From positions 45,572,001 through 45,636,000 of the forward strand of contig CM052817.1 of NCBI GenBank assembly GCA_028534125.1: 64,000 nt of DNA. The letters are read 5' to 3'. This DNA is from Lama glama. Taxonomy: Eukaryota. The notes beneath the pieces were generated by a model that saw only the letters and a list, made by a program, of their open reading frames with translations, was not told the origin of the DNA and made no database searches. Positions 26,179 to 38,918 of the stretch are shown here, one piece after another (the first letter of the stretch is position 1; each line of letters opens with the position of its first letter). The translations under genes were made by a program, and so were the position numbers.

Positions 26179-26940
26179 TATGGAATGAAACTTATAAATT
26201 GAAATTAAAAGCTGAAGGAAAACTATGTTTTTGACTTGATAACTTTAATGAACTGAATATTAATTAGGAAAAAAATGAATTGAAGTAGCAACTCAAACAA
26301 ACAAAAAAACCCACATTGATACCTACAATAAATCTCATATAGATATATTTGAGGAAATTTGTCTTTGAAATGGAAAGTGAAATTATAAATAAAACTTTAG
26401 CAATAGTGAATTAAAATACCCACTAGGATATTTAAAGATGTATAGTGTATACCAAATGCTTAAATGAAATTTGTTGTTAGTGAAATAAGCTATATAGCAC
26501 ATGGTAATTGTACATAAGTGCATCTTTGCTTCTTCAAACCTGGGGTTTTATCCGCAAGTAGTCATATTGAAAATAGGAAGAAATAAATAAGATTATAAAG
26601 CAGACATAATATGCATCATTGTCATTCAGAAATGTAGAATTCTGGCTTAGATCAACTATATGGAAATTAAAAAAAAATGGATGCCAGGTAAGTCCAAAAT
26701 CCTACATCAAATTAATACAAAACATCTGGGGAAAATTATTTTTTGGCATTAAGGTCACTACTTTTACATGAAGTAACAACATAGAATCTTACAGTGAAAT
26801 TTATATACTATTGAATGTGCACTTAAAAAAGGAAAACAAAAAAGGTTTAGAATTAAGGAAATGTAATGACTCTTGCATAAGGCTAAATCTAAAATCAGGA
26901 CAGAAGTAAATTCCTTTAAAAATAATACAGAATGGATGAA

Positions 26941-27432
26941 TGTACTAGTTAGGGCACAGATTAAGCTATATGTAAAAGAGACCCCAAATTACAGTGGACT
27001 AAACCTTTTGTATTATTTCTGATTGATGTACAGCTCAAGGGAGTGAGACCTGGGCTGCTACAGTAGCTCTGCTCTGTTAGATTCTCCAGAGACCCAGCCT
27101 CCTTCTATTCGTGGCTTCTCTGTCTCTGGATCTTGCTCTCGTTCACATGGTCTAAGTTATCTTGCCACCGAATCTAGATTCTAAGCTGCAGGTCACAGGA
27201 GGGCAGAAAAGAGATGACCCTCCCTTTAAGGACATGGTCTAGAAGTGGTGGTGTGCACATCACTTGTACTCACATCTCATCGTCCAGAACTCAGCTACAT
27301 AGCTCCATCAAACTGGACGAGAGGCTGGGAAATGTCTTTATTCCAGTGGCCAGGAGCCCAACCAAAATTCTATTGCAATGGAAGAAGGGGAGAATGGATA
27401 TTGGGGAACAGTTAGTAGTAGCTGTCATAGCA
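26941..27432 (-). mobile_element. MaLR LTR (MLT1-like)
   Basis: tgtactagttaggg...ccccaaattacagtggactaaac...ggctgggaaatgtc...ggatattggggaacagttagtag. Confidence 0.7.
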
Positions 27433-27964
27433 ACCTGAGAAAGAAAAAGGAAGAAGAAACACACCTGAAGAGAGGAAGGCCCTTGCACCTTTCCATCAGC
27501 ACCCCTGGACTCTGAGGTCCGTGTTGTCACATTTCCCGGGGTGGTGCCTGAGACTGAGGGCGGTGATGCAAGGGGAATTTCTTGATCACACACAGGCTGT
27601 TAGAGAGAGATTTGGCTTGTGATTCAGCCAACCAGTGTCACCTATCGTGAGGATTATTTTCAGAAATTTCGAACCATTTCTTTCTAGAGGAAAGCCTGAC
27701 TTTTCAAGAGAAAAACTGCTACACAGAGCCTGCATATGGGACTAAGATACGGTCCGACACTATGGGGTCAGATTTGGGAGTAGAGGAAGAAGTAGTGAAT
27801 GATGGATTTTATTTGATCAGAACCTTCTGAATGGGACTGATAGGGAATAAGAATGTCTCAGCATAAAAGAATCATTTTTTGAGATTGAGGAGTGAGGGTT
27901 GTTTGGAATTGAAAAAACAGAAAACATTTAATGTGTTTTAGGAATTGGTTAGAGGCTTTGCTTG

Positions 27965-28140
27965 AATGCAGTTAATTCTTACAATGACTATGACTTAGGT
28001 ACTATTACTATTTGTATTTTGTAGATGGGGTAGGTGGGGTGCCAAGTTATTAATTTGCTCGGGGTCCCACACGTGGCTGAAACTGGAATTTGAACCTAAG
28101 CATTTTGGCTCCAGTATCTGTGCATATAACTGCTGTACTG
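27965..28140 (-). mobile_element. MIR SINE
   Basis: aattcttacaa...attttgtagatggg...ctggaatttgaacctaagcattttggctccag. Confidence 0.75.
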
Positions 28141-29189
28141 CACAGCTCAGCAATCTTTTTTTAAAGAAGGGAAATGATCTCATGTTAATCCCAGACCAGC
28201 CTGTGCAGAGTTCAATGTTGGGAAACATGGTTGTCACATTTAAAGCCTAATAGAATAAAAACTGGACTGTGAGTTAACTGGAGGAGTGCAGGAGTGAAGG
28301 AGTTTAGGAAGAAACAATTAAACATTCAAGCCTGTAAACTGTCTATCCTGCAGCAAGGAGCATCAAACCAGAGTCCAGAGAGCCTGGGCAGCATACCCAG
28401 ATGCTTCTGTCGTTTTCTATTTCATTAATTTGAACAGTGCACTTAGCCAAGTGCTAGAAAATTTTAATTCTGTAACTTTTCTGTGTCTCAGTTTTTGCAC
28501 CCACAAAATGGAAATACCTCTTCTCCGCACAAGCATATTTTAGTGGGAATACATGCTTGAAAATCTTTGGAAATTTTAATTATAACATTTAAAGCAGTTA
28601 CTCTAAGTAGTCACATTAGCTCAATGGTAAGGAAAATATTACCCAAACAAGCACACCTGTGTTTGATAAAATTCCAGAGGACCTGGCAAAAGCAGGCACC
28701 AGTGAAGAGGAGGTGAGTGGAGAATTATAGAAAGGCATACTTCTACTATGCGGATGGCTTGTTGTTTAGGGATGGGTTGAGGAGGCACTGACTCATTATC
28801 AGAAATGATTATTAGAAATTAACACTTTTGCTGGGTAACTTGAATGTTCATGTTGGGGAAAAGATGGCCTAAAGAGGGCCATGGATTGGCAGCAATTGCT
28901 TCAAACTTTCCAAGCACATAGTCAAGGTGGTTGGTAAATGACTGGCCTTCCTACTTATGAGAACAAACATGAAGATACCACAACCCCTACACAGTAGGAC
29001 TCTGGGTGTGATAGCGCCAAGGTCTCTGGCTTTCTTGATTCAGTTGGCACAGAAACATTTGGGAGGTGGCTGGTTTGGGGCTGAAGCAGTAGCCCATGAT
29101 TTAGAGCAGCTCTCCTCTGTGCACAGATATTTAACTATGTGTGAGAGGGAGCATTACCAAGCAAGGACATCTGGGATCATTCAGCATGA

Positions 29190-29400
29190 CCTTGACTTCT
29201 GGTCCCTCCCATCAGATAAGTGACCTTGAATAAGTGACATCATCTTGAAGCTTCAGTTTCCCTGTCTGTAAAATGAAAATAAGCGGCCCTACTTCTTAAG
29301 ATTGTTGGGAGGATTAGAGGAGTATGCAAAGTGCTTAGCGCTGTGATGGAGTCATAGAAAAGGCTAAGATCATGGTAGCTATTATTTTAATATTATCACT
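29190..29400 (+). mobile_element. MIR SINE
   Basis: gtgaccttgaataag...cttcagtttccctgtctgtaaaatg...aaagtgcttagc. Confidence 0.8.
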
Positions 29401-30939
29401 CTTAGGGGACTAAGAGCCAATTCCATTGGCAGTAGATTCTAACCAACTCTATTATCACTTTGGAAATCAGACCAATCTACATGTGAAGAGCATGGTCCAG
29501 GATTTTTGTCTGCCTCCCACCCTCTCAACAAGGGACTACAAGGAGCTTGTGGTAATACCAGCTACCCATTTGTCTTCCATGAGCATTTGCAAAAGTATGA
29601 TAAATTACTCAAACTGTGGCAAAGTCTCTGTCCCTCCTATGAGACCTAGGGATAGGAATGTGAGTTAGCCAAAGCAATCTACAACAATTTTGAAGTTACT
29701 GGAACATGTTGGAGCAATAGAGTATCTTGATCCTTCTGAGAAAATTTTGTAAGTGTTCTGCTATAATTATATGTAAATCTGAAACTTGGCACCAGTATAT
29801 TTCCGTTTAGCAAATGTGTCTAAATAAATTGATTCGCCTAAGATGGAATGGGTATCTCCAAATATTAGCATTTTTTCTGCCTCTGGGTTGATTTCTTTCC
29901 AGCCTGGTGTAATTCCAGGCAGCACGCCATTGTCCCAAATGCATTTCTGATTGATTTTCTGCCTAACAACTGACAACTTAACTTTTCAGCAGGAGGTCTG
30001 AGTCCAGGCCTCCTTTTTTAATGCTTCAGAGTGTAATATGATCCTGATGGATGGTTCTGAATAACAACTGGCTTTTTGTGATGTAAAAGAAAGTGTAGGA
30101 CTTGGTTCCCAAACACACACTGACTTCTTCCATATGGATTACATTACTGTAAATTATGAGTAGGGGTGGGGAAGAGGATGGTTGCTTTTATGGGAAAGGT
30201 CAGGATCTAATTCCATTATTATCTTCTTGCTTATAATTTAAAGAATTCTGTTCCCACTTGGATTCACTGATTTATGAAAGTGCTTGTTGAAGGTGGTTGC
30301 ATAATCCACCTGATTCCTTATGTAATTTTACAAAAGGCATTTAAAATCTCACTTTAAAATCTGATTCTAACCGGGTATCAAGAGTCAGAAATTGCTTAGT
30401 GGTTCGTTTTGGTGCTTAATGATACAACTTGTATTTTGTTTTGATTAGATTTGATTCTAATTAAGCAGACTATCATTGGCTCCCAAGGGTTTCTCTGACA
30501 AGCAGTTGTGTTTGATATTTGCATTTGAGTCATTCCTGAAGGATGGGAACTTCTTGGACAAACCCCCAAGTCAATCAAAAGGATTACCAGGATATTATTC
30601 CCAAATATCAAATCCCCAGCTGTTGGTAAAAATGTATGAGCTCTGCTTCTAAATGACCACAGTTGAATGACACTGGAGTTTAAAGATTCTTTTAAGTGGC
30701 AGATGGAATTCCAATTGGTTTAACTATTTATAAGTTCACAGGAGTCTATGTTCTGCTTAGGTGGCCAACCTAGGAGATTCTAATGGCAAACTCATATTAA
30801 TTGGTACCAATGGATATACACACCAAAGTCTACTGTTCCATTTTCATAACCTTGTTCATGTTGCTTCTCAGTCTGGACAGTCTTTTCCCATTCTCTTACT
30901 ATATCTAAATACTTCCAAATGCACCTCATAATCTACTGT

Positions 30940-31403
30940 TGTTATGGAAACGACAGGCCAGTCAAGAAACAAGCACCACTCGGAGGGTCGGAGTACTCGG
31001 ATGTATTATGCCAGCGGGCTCAGAGGGGCTTCTGCTCTGAAGCTCTGAGCACCTCCAAGACGTGCGCATGAGGTTTTATAGGGTAAAGTACAAGCTTGGG
31101 GTATTTGGCCAATAGGTATGGAACAGCTTTAGCAGCATCATTATCACAAAAGTGGAGGCAGGGAGGCAGCAAACCAACATTCCAAAGCCAGATATATATC
31201 TTTGAAAATCCAGCTGGCTAGCAAAAAATATGAACAGCAAACCAACACTAATTAACCTAGATTTACAAGTTAGTCTAGCAGAACTCAGATCAGTATTCCA
31301 ATGCTTAGATTTGTGAGTTATCCTGCCAGCCCAGCCCAGCTTCTCCTTCACATTCCTAGACTTGTGAGTTATCCTGTTAGACCAGCCCAGTTTTTCCTTC
31401 ACA
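30940..31403 (-). mobile_element. Young ERV1-type solo LTR (464 bp) inserted in an L2
   Basis: TG...CA termini; perfect 4-bp TSD ctgt (30936-39 / 31404-07); minus-strand TATA (cctataaaacc) with a CCAAT box upstream; CpGs retained. Confidence 0.9.
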
Positions 31404-31908
31404 CTGTGAAGTCTTCTTGGTTACTCTGACCCCATGACCTCTTTTGTTTTTCACCTCTTAATGCATTTGTGGTCTGCACCATCCAACTCAGTTTATAATT
31501 ATGTTTCATGTATTTCTCTCATTAATATTTATTTGTACATTGGTTCTTCCTCTCTCAACTACTGTTCCTTGAGGGTAGGGATGTTATTTCATACCATTTT
31601 TATAACCTCCTTCTCTCCTTGACAGTGCTCAACTCAGTGTCAAACATCCACAAATTAACTCAACATTTATATACAATTTAAAATATCACTATTGAAAGCT
31701 TTTGAAAAACATCAATAACTTGGGAGTTATACATTTTAAGCCATTATCAGCTGATACCTTAATTAGAAATTAACACTTTCGCTAGGTAACTTGTGTCTTC
31801 AGGTAGGAGAAAAGATGGCACAGATAGGGCTATGGAGAAGGATAGAGAATGGGTTTCACTTACTTCATATTGTTGCCTCTGTTTCCCCAAATCATTTAAA
31901 GCAGACAT

Positions 31909-32447
31909 TGTGGATTGATCAGGGAAAGCACCTCAGCAGATATTTCAACAGAAGAATTTAATATAAGAAACTGGTTCAACAACTGTGAGAAACGGAAAAA
32001 GCAGAAGGGGACACTAGGATGTCACAGAGACAGAAACTGCAGGAAACCCTGGGTGAAACAAAGAAAGAGTTTGTGGTGATGAGAACTTAGAAGCTGGGAG
32101 GAGAGATCCCATGGAACTGCTCTCAGACTTCCGAGGAGGGCAAGGTGAGAGGTTCTGAGGATAACAAAAAACGACACTAAAGCCTGGGACCAACAGCTTG
32201 TCAGGGCAAAAAAGCCATTGCTGTGGGGCGCTGACTGAAAGAGCAAGCAAACGGGGGAACGGGTTGGAGCCAGACTGACTCCTCTTCTCTAGTCTTCCAG
32301 CCTCACTCTAGTGCCCCTTGTTGATAAGAACCTATCAGGAGCAGCTGGTGAAGGAAGAAAATCATTTTCAGAATCCTGGCCACAGAACCAGAGGAGAGGA
32401 GCACAAAATGACTTTGGAATTGAGCGTTAATAGCTTCTTATCTGGTA
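31909..32447 (-). mobile_element. ERVL solo LTR (LTR41-like)
   Basis: caacagaagaatttaatataagaaactggtt...gagcagctggtgaagg...tttggaattgag...aatagcttcttatctggtaca. Confidence 0.65.
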
Positions 32448-33544
32448 CATACATTAATAATACATATTCCCTTTCTACCTCATGTCTGGCTGAGGAGGAT
32501 AATAAAGAGAATAGAAACACACCTGAAGCAACAGGTGAGAGACAGGCAGGCCCTTTAGTGTTTGCCAGAATGGAAAGGTGAGGAGTGGGGCCAGGAGTCA
32601 CGTGGCCTTTTGCTGAGGCCCCAGCCTGGACACACCAGTCTTCAGGGGGAGCCTTGATCTCCTTTCTTTCTGCCTTCTTTCTATTTGTGTAATGAAAATG
32701 GCCTTCCATGACGCATCTTTGGGGCTTCCACTGGTTTTAAAGAGTACGTGCTTTGTCCTCTCACTAACCTTCATTTTTGTGGGGTGTCCTCCATTTCCCT
32801 GGAGAAACTGTGGTGGAAACAGCAACGGTGACACTTTTGGCATGATGCACTCATCTGGAGGAGCTCCAGCTGATTAAATCAATGGTTAGCATTCTCTGAA
32901 ATTCAACTCTTAGCATGTTGGTCACCACATCACCCAAATCTGGGTGACAGTTGTGTTTCCTCAGGGCCACCTGATCCACAGTGGGCGACCAACGTGTTGA
33001 AGAGTCCTGTGTATGGCTACTCAGGATTGACTCCAACAGGGAAACACACACGGAGAAGTATGATTATTGTTTGTTATGATTTGCCTGCTCCGTACAGAAC
33101 CCAGCACCTCTGTTAGAGGAAGGAGCTCATTTTACATTAAAATAAGTCCACAGTAAAGAAAACATGTATTGTGAATATAAAAGAAAGATGAAACACGCTA
33201 CGAAAATCTCAGTGGGAATTCTCCAGATAATGAGGAGTCGGCAGCTGTGACACGGTCACAGGACCTGCTACATGGTGGGCTCAGGAATTAATCCACATCC
33301 GTGGATGAACTGCATCTGTGCTGATCGCACTGCTGCCACCGCAGGCCCTCTTCCACTCAACACGCTGTGAATTGCTTCACTTTCGGAAGGAATCTTGATG
33401 GAAATTCCTTAATAATGGAAATCTATTCCTCCATTGTGAAAAACCACTCTGAATTTCTCTGTTTTTGAGGGTTGAAATTTTAGTATAACGGCCTTACATT
33501 CAATTGAGTGAGACAGTATAAAGCGCTATTTGAAATTCCATCAT

Positions 33545-34110
33545 GGGTTAGGTCATTTAATTCTCACACCCCGAAGAGAACATGTCTTTATTAACATCCA
33601 TTCTGCAGCTAAGAAAACTTAAGCAGAGAAAGATTAAGCAACATATCCAAGGCTATGCAGCTGGTAGGTGGCAGAGTAAGGATTCAAACTCAGTTAGGAT
33701 GGCCTGAGAGCCCACAGTCCTCCACATTATGCTCCATGCCACACTGCCTCATGGGGCCACCAAGTTCCTGTTGTTGGCAAGGAGAGAGTTACGCCAATAG
33801 ATAGCAGTTATACGGGCAAAAGGTACAGGTTACCCCTGGAGGAAGGTCCAATGTGTTCATGGTTCAGAACACACTGTTACTCTCTAAGCTTATTCTGATG
33901 TCTAAGGAGGAAGGGGAGGAAGAAGAGATGGAACAATTGAGCATCTACTGTGCTAAGCATTTTCCCATATCTTGTAAGTTAGATATTATCAGACCCATTT
34001 TTCAGAGAAGAAACTTGAAGGTTCAGAGACAGTAAGTAACTTGGCCAAATCAGTGAACTAGTAATAGAACTGATGTTTGAGTCCATAGACCTTGAATATT
34101 CATGTTCTAA
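33545..34110 (-). mobile_element. Two MIR SINE copies (~33545-33740 and ~33935-34110)
   Basis: tcatttaattctcac...ggattcaaactcag; cccatttttcagagaagaaacttgaaggttcagagacagtaagtaacttg. Confidence 0.75.
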
Positions 34111-34669
34111 CCACTCTTGACATTTTGTTTCTTTCAAGAATTATTTAAACCTTCAACAATACCCATACTTCAGCTAATAAAGATCTTAGAGAATAAGCAA
34201 GAGAAGGATCCTTTGCTTATATTCAATAGCTTTTAATTTTGTTTCTTATTCATATCATAAGCCATAACTACCAGCCATATCTATCTGTAGCCTGAGCCCC
34301 CACATCTCCTTGATGTGCTTAGTCTAATTGGAATCCACAGAGGTCATTCTTTTGCTGTACCTATTAACTTATGTTTCATTTACAACATTGCCCTATTAGA
34401 ATCGTGGAGGTTATTAACTTGGGTTTTCAAATCAGATTTCCTGCAACTCTGCTCAAGGCAACCTTATTTTCCCAGTAGAACAATCATGTATTTTCAGTGA
34501 GTGGTCATAAATATTGAAGAGTTAGTTCCTGGCTAATTTAAAAGAATAAAGGATGGAACATCCTTCAAATTTTATTCTGACCTAATTTTGGTTGAGTAAG
34601 CTGCTTGCAGAGGTCACACCTGAAAACAATGTCAAAAAGAGCTCTAAGGGGAGTATTTACAGGTTTGGC

Positions 34670-34712
34670 TGTGTGTGTGTGTGTGTGTGTGTTTGTGTGT
34701 ATGTGTGTGTGT
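34670..34712. repeat. (TG)n microsatellite
   Basis: Direct reading. Confidence 0.9.
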
Positions 34713-35112
34713 GCATGCACTCACACGCTCGTTTCTACATTTGTAAAAGAAATGATAAATTAAAACAGGAAAGCATTAAAACAACCAGAGAGAATAAAAT
34801 GCCCAATTCTTTTTTCTTAGTACTGTATGGTGATCACTGATAGCCTCACCACTCACCTGAGGCTCTGCACGTTTCTGAGGATTTGTGAATTACCAAAGAA
34901 GGAATAAGTCTATCTTCATTTGGTTTTATGGTCAGTTATGTTTTCTTAGGGTCCCAAGTTCTGCAAGTTAGACAATATAGAAATATTATAAATTTAGGAA
35001 TATTATTAACAAGAACATTTTAAAACCTAGATGACCCCATCCTACAACTTTTTTGAATTAAATGAAGTTGATTAAACTATGATTAAAATAGTGTCATCTA
35101 TCATATATTTTA

Positions 35113-37231
35113 TTTTTCAATTTTATTTATTTTTAGAGTTCTTGCTGGTGAATTTTTTAGCACCTTTATTGTGGCATGATTTCTGTACAGTAAACTACAC
35201 GTATTTCAGATGTACAATTTGATGAATTTTGATAGATGTATACACCAATGAAACCACCACCACAATTAAGAAAGCTAACATTTCCATCATTCCCCAAGAG
35301 GTGCAAATTTTGAATTCCTTATTATCCCTTTGCACCCTCTTTACCCACTGATAACCATAAGTTTGTTCTCTATGTCTGTGAGTCTGTTTCTGTTTTGTAG
35401 CTAAGTTCATTGGTGTCTTTTTTTTTTTTTTTAGATTCCACATATAAGCAATGTCATGTGGTATTTTTCTTTCTCTTTCTGACTTACTTCATTTAGAGTA
35501 ACAATCTCCAGGTCCATCCATGTTGCTGCAAGTGGCATTATTTTATTCTTTTGTATGGCTGAGTAGTATTCCTTTATATACATATATACCACATCTTCTT
35601 TATCCAGTCATCTGTTGATGGACATCTAGGTTGTTTCCATGTCTTGGATATTGTAAATAGTGCTGCTGTGAACATTGGGGTGCAAGTGTCTTTTCAAATT
35701 ATATTTTTCTCCAAATATATGCCCAGGAGTGGGATTACTGGCTCACAGGGTAAGTTTATTTTTAGTTTTTTAAGGAACCTCCATATTGTCCTTCATAGTG
35801 GCTGCACTAATTTACATTTCCACCAGTGGTGTAGGAGGGTCCCTTTTTATCCACACCCTCTCCAGCGTTTATCATTTGTGGACTTTTTAATGATGGCCAT
35901 TCTGACTGGTGTGAGGTGATGTCTCATTGCAGTTTTGATTTGCATTTCTCTAACAATTAGTGATATTGAGCATCTTTCCATGTTCTTGTTGGCCATCTGT
36001 ATGTCTTCTTTGGAGAAAAGTCTGTTTAGATCTTCTGCCCACTTTTTGATTGGGCTGCTTTTTTTTGATATTAAGCTATATATAGAGCTGTTTGTGTATT
36101 TTGAAAATTAGTCTCTTGTCAGTTGTATCATTTGAAAATATTTTCTCCCATTCTGTAGATTGTCTTTTCATTTTATTGATGATATCCTTAGCTGTACAAA
36201 AGCTTTGAAGTTTGATTAGATCCCATTTGTTAGTTTGTTTGCTTGTTTTTGCTTTTATTTCCATTTTTCTAGGAGCTGGCTGGAAAAAAAAATATTGCTG
36301 TGATTTATGTCAAAGAGTGTTCTCTCTGTTTTCCTCCAGGAGTTTTATAGTATCTAGTCTTACATTTAAATCTTTAATCCATTTTGAGTTTTCCCAGCAT
36401 CACTTATTGAAAAGACTGTCTTTTCTCCATTGTATATTTTTGCCTCCTTTTCCATAGATTAATTGACCATAAGTTGGTGGGTTTATTTCTGGGCTTTTTA
36501 ATCCTGTTTCATTGATCTATGCGTCTGATTTTGTGCCAGTACCATACTGTTTTGATCACTGTAGCTTTGTAGTATAGTCTGAAGTCAGGAAGCATGATTT
36601 CCCCCAGCTCTCTTCTTTTTCAAGACTGTTTTGGCTATTTGGGGTCTTTTGTGTTTCCAGGCAAATTTTATCATTTTTTGTTTCAGCTCTGTGAAAAATG
36701 TCATTGGTAATTTTATAGGGATTGCACTAAATCTGTATATTGCCTTGGGTAGTATGGCCATTTTAACAATATTGATTCTTCCAATCCAAGAACACAGTAT
36801 ATCTTTCCATCTGTTTAGTTTCATCAGTGTCTTATAGTTTTTGGAGTACAGGTCCTTTGCCTCCTTGGGTAGGTTTATTCCTAGGTATTTTATTCTTTTT
36901 GGTACAGTGATAAATGGGGTTGTTTCCTTAATTTCTTTTTTTGCTATTTCATTGTTAGTGTATAGAAATGCAACTGATTTCTGTATGTTAATTTTGTATC
37001 CTGTAACTTTGCCAAATTCATTGATGAGTTCTAGTTTTCTGGTCGCTTCTTTATGGTTTTCTATGTATAGTATCCGTGAACAGTGTCATCCGTGAACAGT
37101 GTCATCTGTGAACAGTGACAGTTTTACTTTTTTTCTGATTTGGATTCCCTTTATTTCTTTTTCTTCTCTGATTGCTATGGCTAGGACTTCCAAAACTATG
37201 TTGAATGAAAGTGGCAAGAATGGACATCCTT
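35113..37231 (-). mobile_element. 5'-truncated L1 (degraded ORF2 3' part) with a non-native 3' end, bounded by a TSD
   Basis: ORF2 peptides [28 protein letters not shown] and KWDLIKLQSFCTAK; TSD tatcatatatttta (35099-35112) / tatcctatatttta (37232-37245). Confidence 0.93.
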
Positions 37232-37370
37232 TATCCTATATTTTAATGTCCTAACGTACATGTCTTGACCATCTTGCTCTGTAGCAGTTGTTATTAATGT
37301 CAATTAAAATTTCTTTTTCCCCATTCCACTGCTACCTACATGGTGCAAACATTTCTCTGTGTGTATATGT

Positions 37371-37372
<2 letters not shown>

Positions 37373-37409
<37 letters not shown>

Positions 37410-37416
37410 TGTGTGT
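37373..37416. repeat. (TG)n microsatellite
   Basis: Direct reading. Confidence 0.9.
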
Positions 37417-37639
37417 TTTAATTGAAAACATGATTCCTACTGGTGCCTGCAGTTCCTTTGCTGGAATTAGAAAAAGGTACCCCCTCTGGGTGGACAAATT
37501 ATAAAAAGTTGCTCTTTCCTCCACTTCCCCTCTCAGTTGTGTCCCTTTCTATAAAACCTGTGTGACTGTATGCATTTGATTATAGATTGTGACATATTTA
37601 TAAGGCCTTAAAATTGATGCCTGAATTAGTCACTTAACC

Positions 37640-37970
37640 TCATAATTGGTCTCCTTGCCTTCAGCCTTTTGCCATTCCAATTTGTCTCATACATGCTTCA
37701 TTATCCTTCATCTTCAAACAGCTTTTGCCACCCCATCTCCTTATGCAATGCTCTCAGTGTCTTCTTATGCCTCACCTGCTTTTCAGAACCTTCACGAGTC
37801 TGGCTCTGTGACATCCTTTTGTACCCTTAACTCTCACCCCTCCTCAGTATGGACCCTACACTCTTGTCAGGCTGGTTTACTTAGCACTTACCAAGCCTGT
37901 CTTGTCACACCTACCCCAAAGACACCATTCCTCTTATCTGGACCACTCCCCTTTATTTCCAAAGTCTAGC
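37640..37970 (+). mobile_element. Degenerate L2 fragment
   Basis: aacctcataattggtctccttgccttcagcc...ccttcacgagtctggctc. Confidence 0.5.
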
Positions 37971-38504
37971 TAATTTAAAAGGATAAGAATGGGGCATCCT
38001 TCAAACTTAAACAGTGCCATGCATTCTGGTACCAAGTTTTTATCAATGTGCAAAATTAATTTTTATTATAACTAAGTAGACATTCTGACTCTGTGAAAGA
38101 TTCTACTGAAAAACAGTCTGATCCTAAGTCAATATCAAGGGAAGAGGGCAGATTTAGATGAACATTTAAGAACTTTGCTTCATGAGAACATGGTCAAGAC
38201 AGTAGACAAGAGAGGGATAACATGCTGAGGGGTGAATGAAGAATAAGGGGTAAGTGGAGGAGAATTTTTTAGTTTAATAAAACTTGCTTTAAATAGAAAA
38301 TGGCATTTACTTTTTAAGACCTTCAGGTATGCTGGTGAAAAATTCCAATATGAGAAATGGAATTGTGAAGACAAAAGAGGTTCACTACTTCTAATCTGTC
38401 TCAGATATTTGCATCTAGATGAATGCCTGCTGATTTCTTTTGCCCATTACAATGTCTCCCCCCACTGTAAGCACCAATATCATGGATTTGCTGCCTCATT
38501 CTGG

Positions 38505-38918
38505 AGTAGCTGATGTCAGTGCTCTGTCCACACCCCTCCACCTAGCGCAGAAGTCACCTTGCTTACACACTGACAGCTTCCTGCATCTCTCTGCCTGATG
38601 ATGTTCTCTCACCTGGGCTCATCTCTGGTCCATGCTCAGTGTAGGTCAGAGTGTTAGGAAATTAATATCCCAGGAGCTACCCTCAAAAAATGGGGGATAG
38701 GAGTTGAAAAATATTGTATTTGCCAACCCTGCAGTAGGATAATCTTCAAACGTGTTCCACACAGTGTCTCAGAAGGTTTCCAGTAGCATTTAATCCCAGT
38801 TACCCACAGTGGCCACCTACTCAGTCACACACCCTATTGACTTTCCTTCCCCATCTTGCTGCTCCACTCCCTCCCAGCACTTCCTGGAACCGTCTTCCAA
38901 ACAAGTTATTTGTTCCCG
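38505..38918 (+). mobile_element. ERVL LTR (LTR16-like)
   Basis: tgacagcttcctgcatctctctgcctga...cccagttacccacagtgg...cttcctggaaccgtcttccaaacaag. Confidence 0.75.

Noticed and set aside
25150..26940. Very AT-rich stretch that might be another DNA-transposon fossil
   Set aside because: No ordered transposase motifs or TIRs could be read; would need an HMM search
28616..28630. tRNA A-box-like tagctcaatggtaag
   Set aside because: No B-box, cloverleaf or SINE body follows
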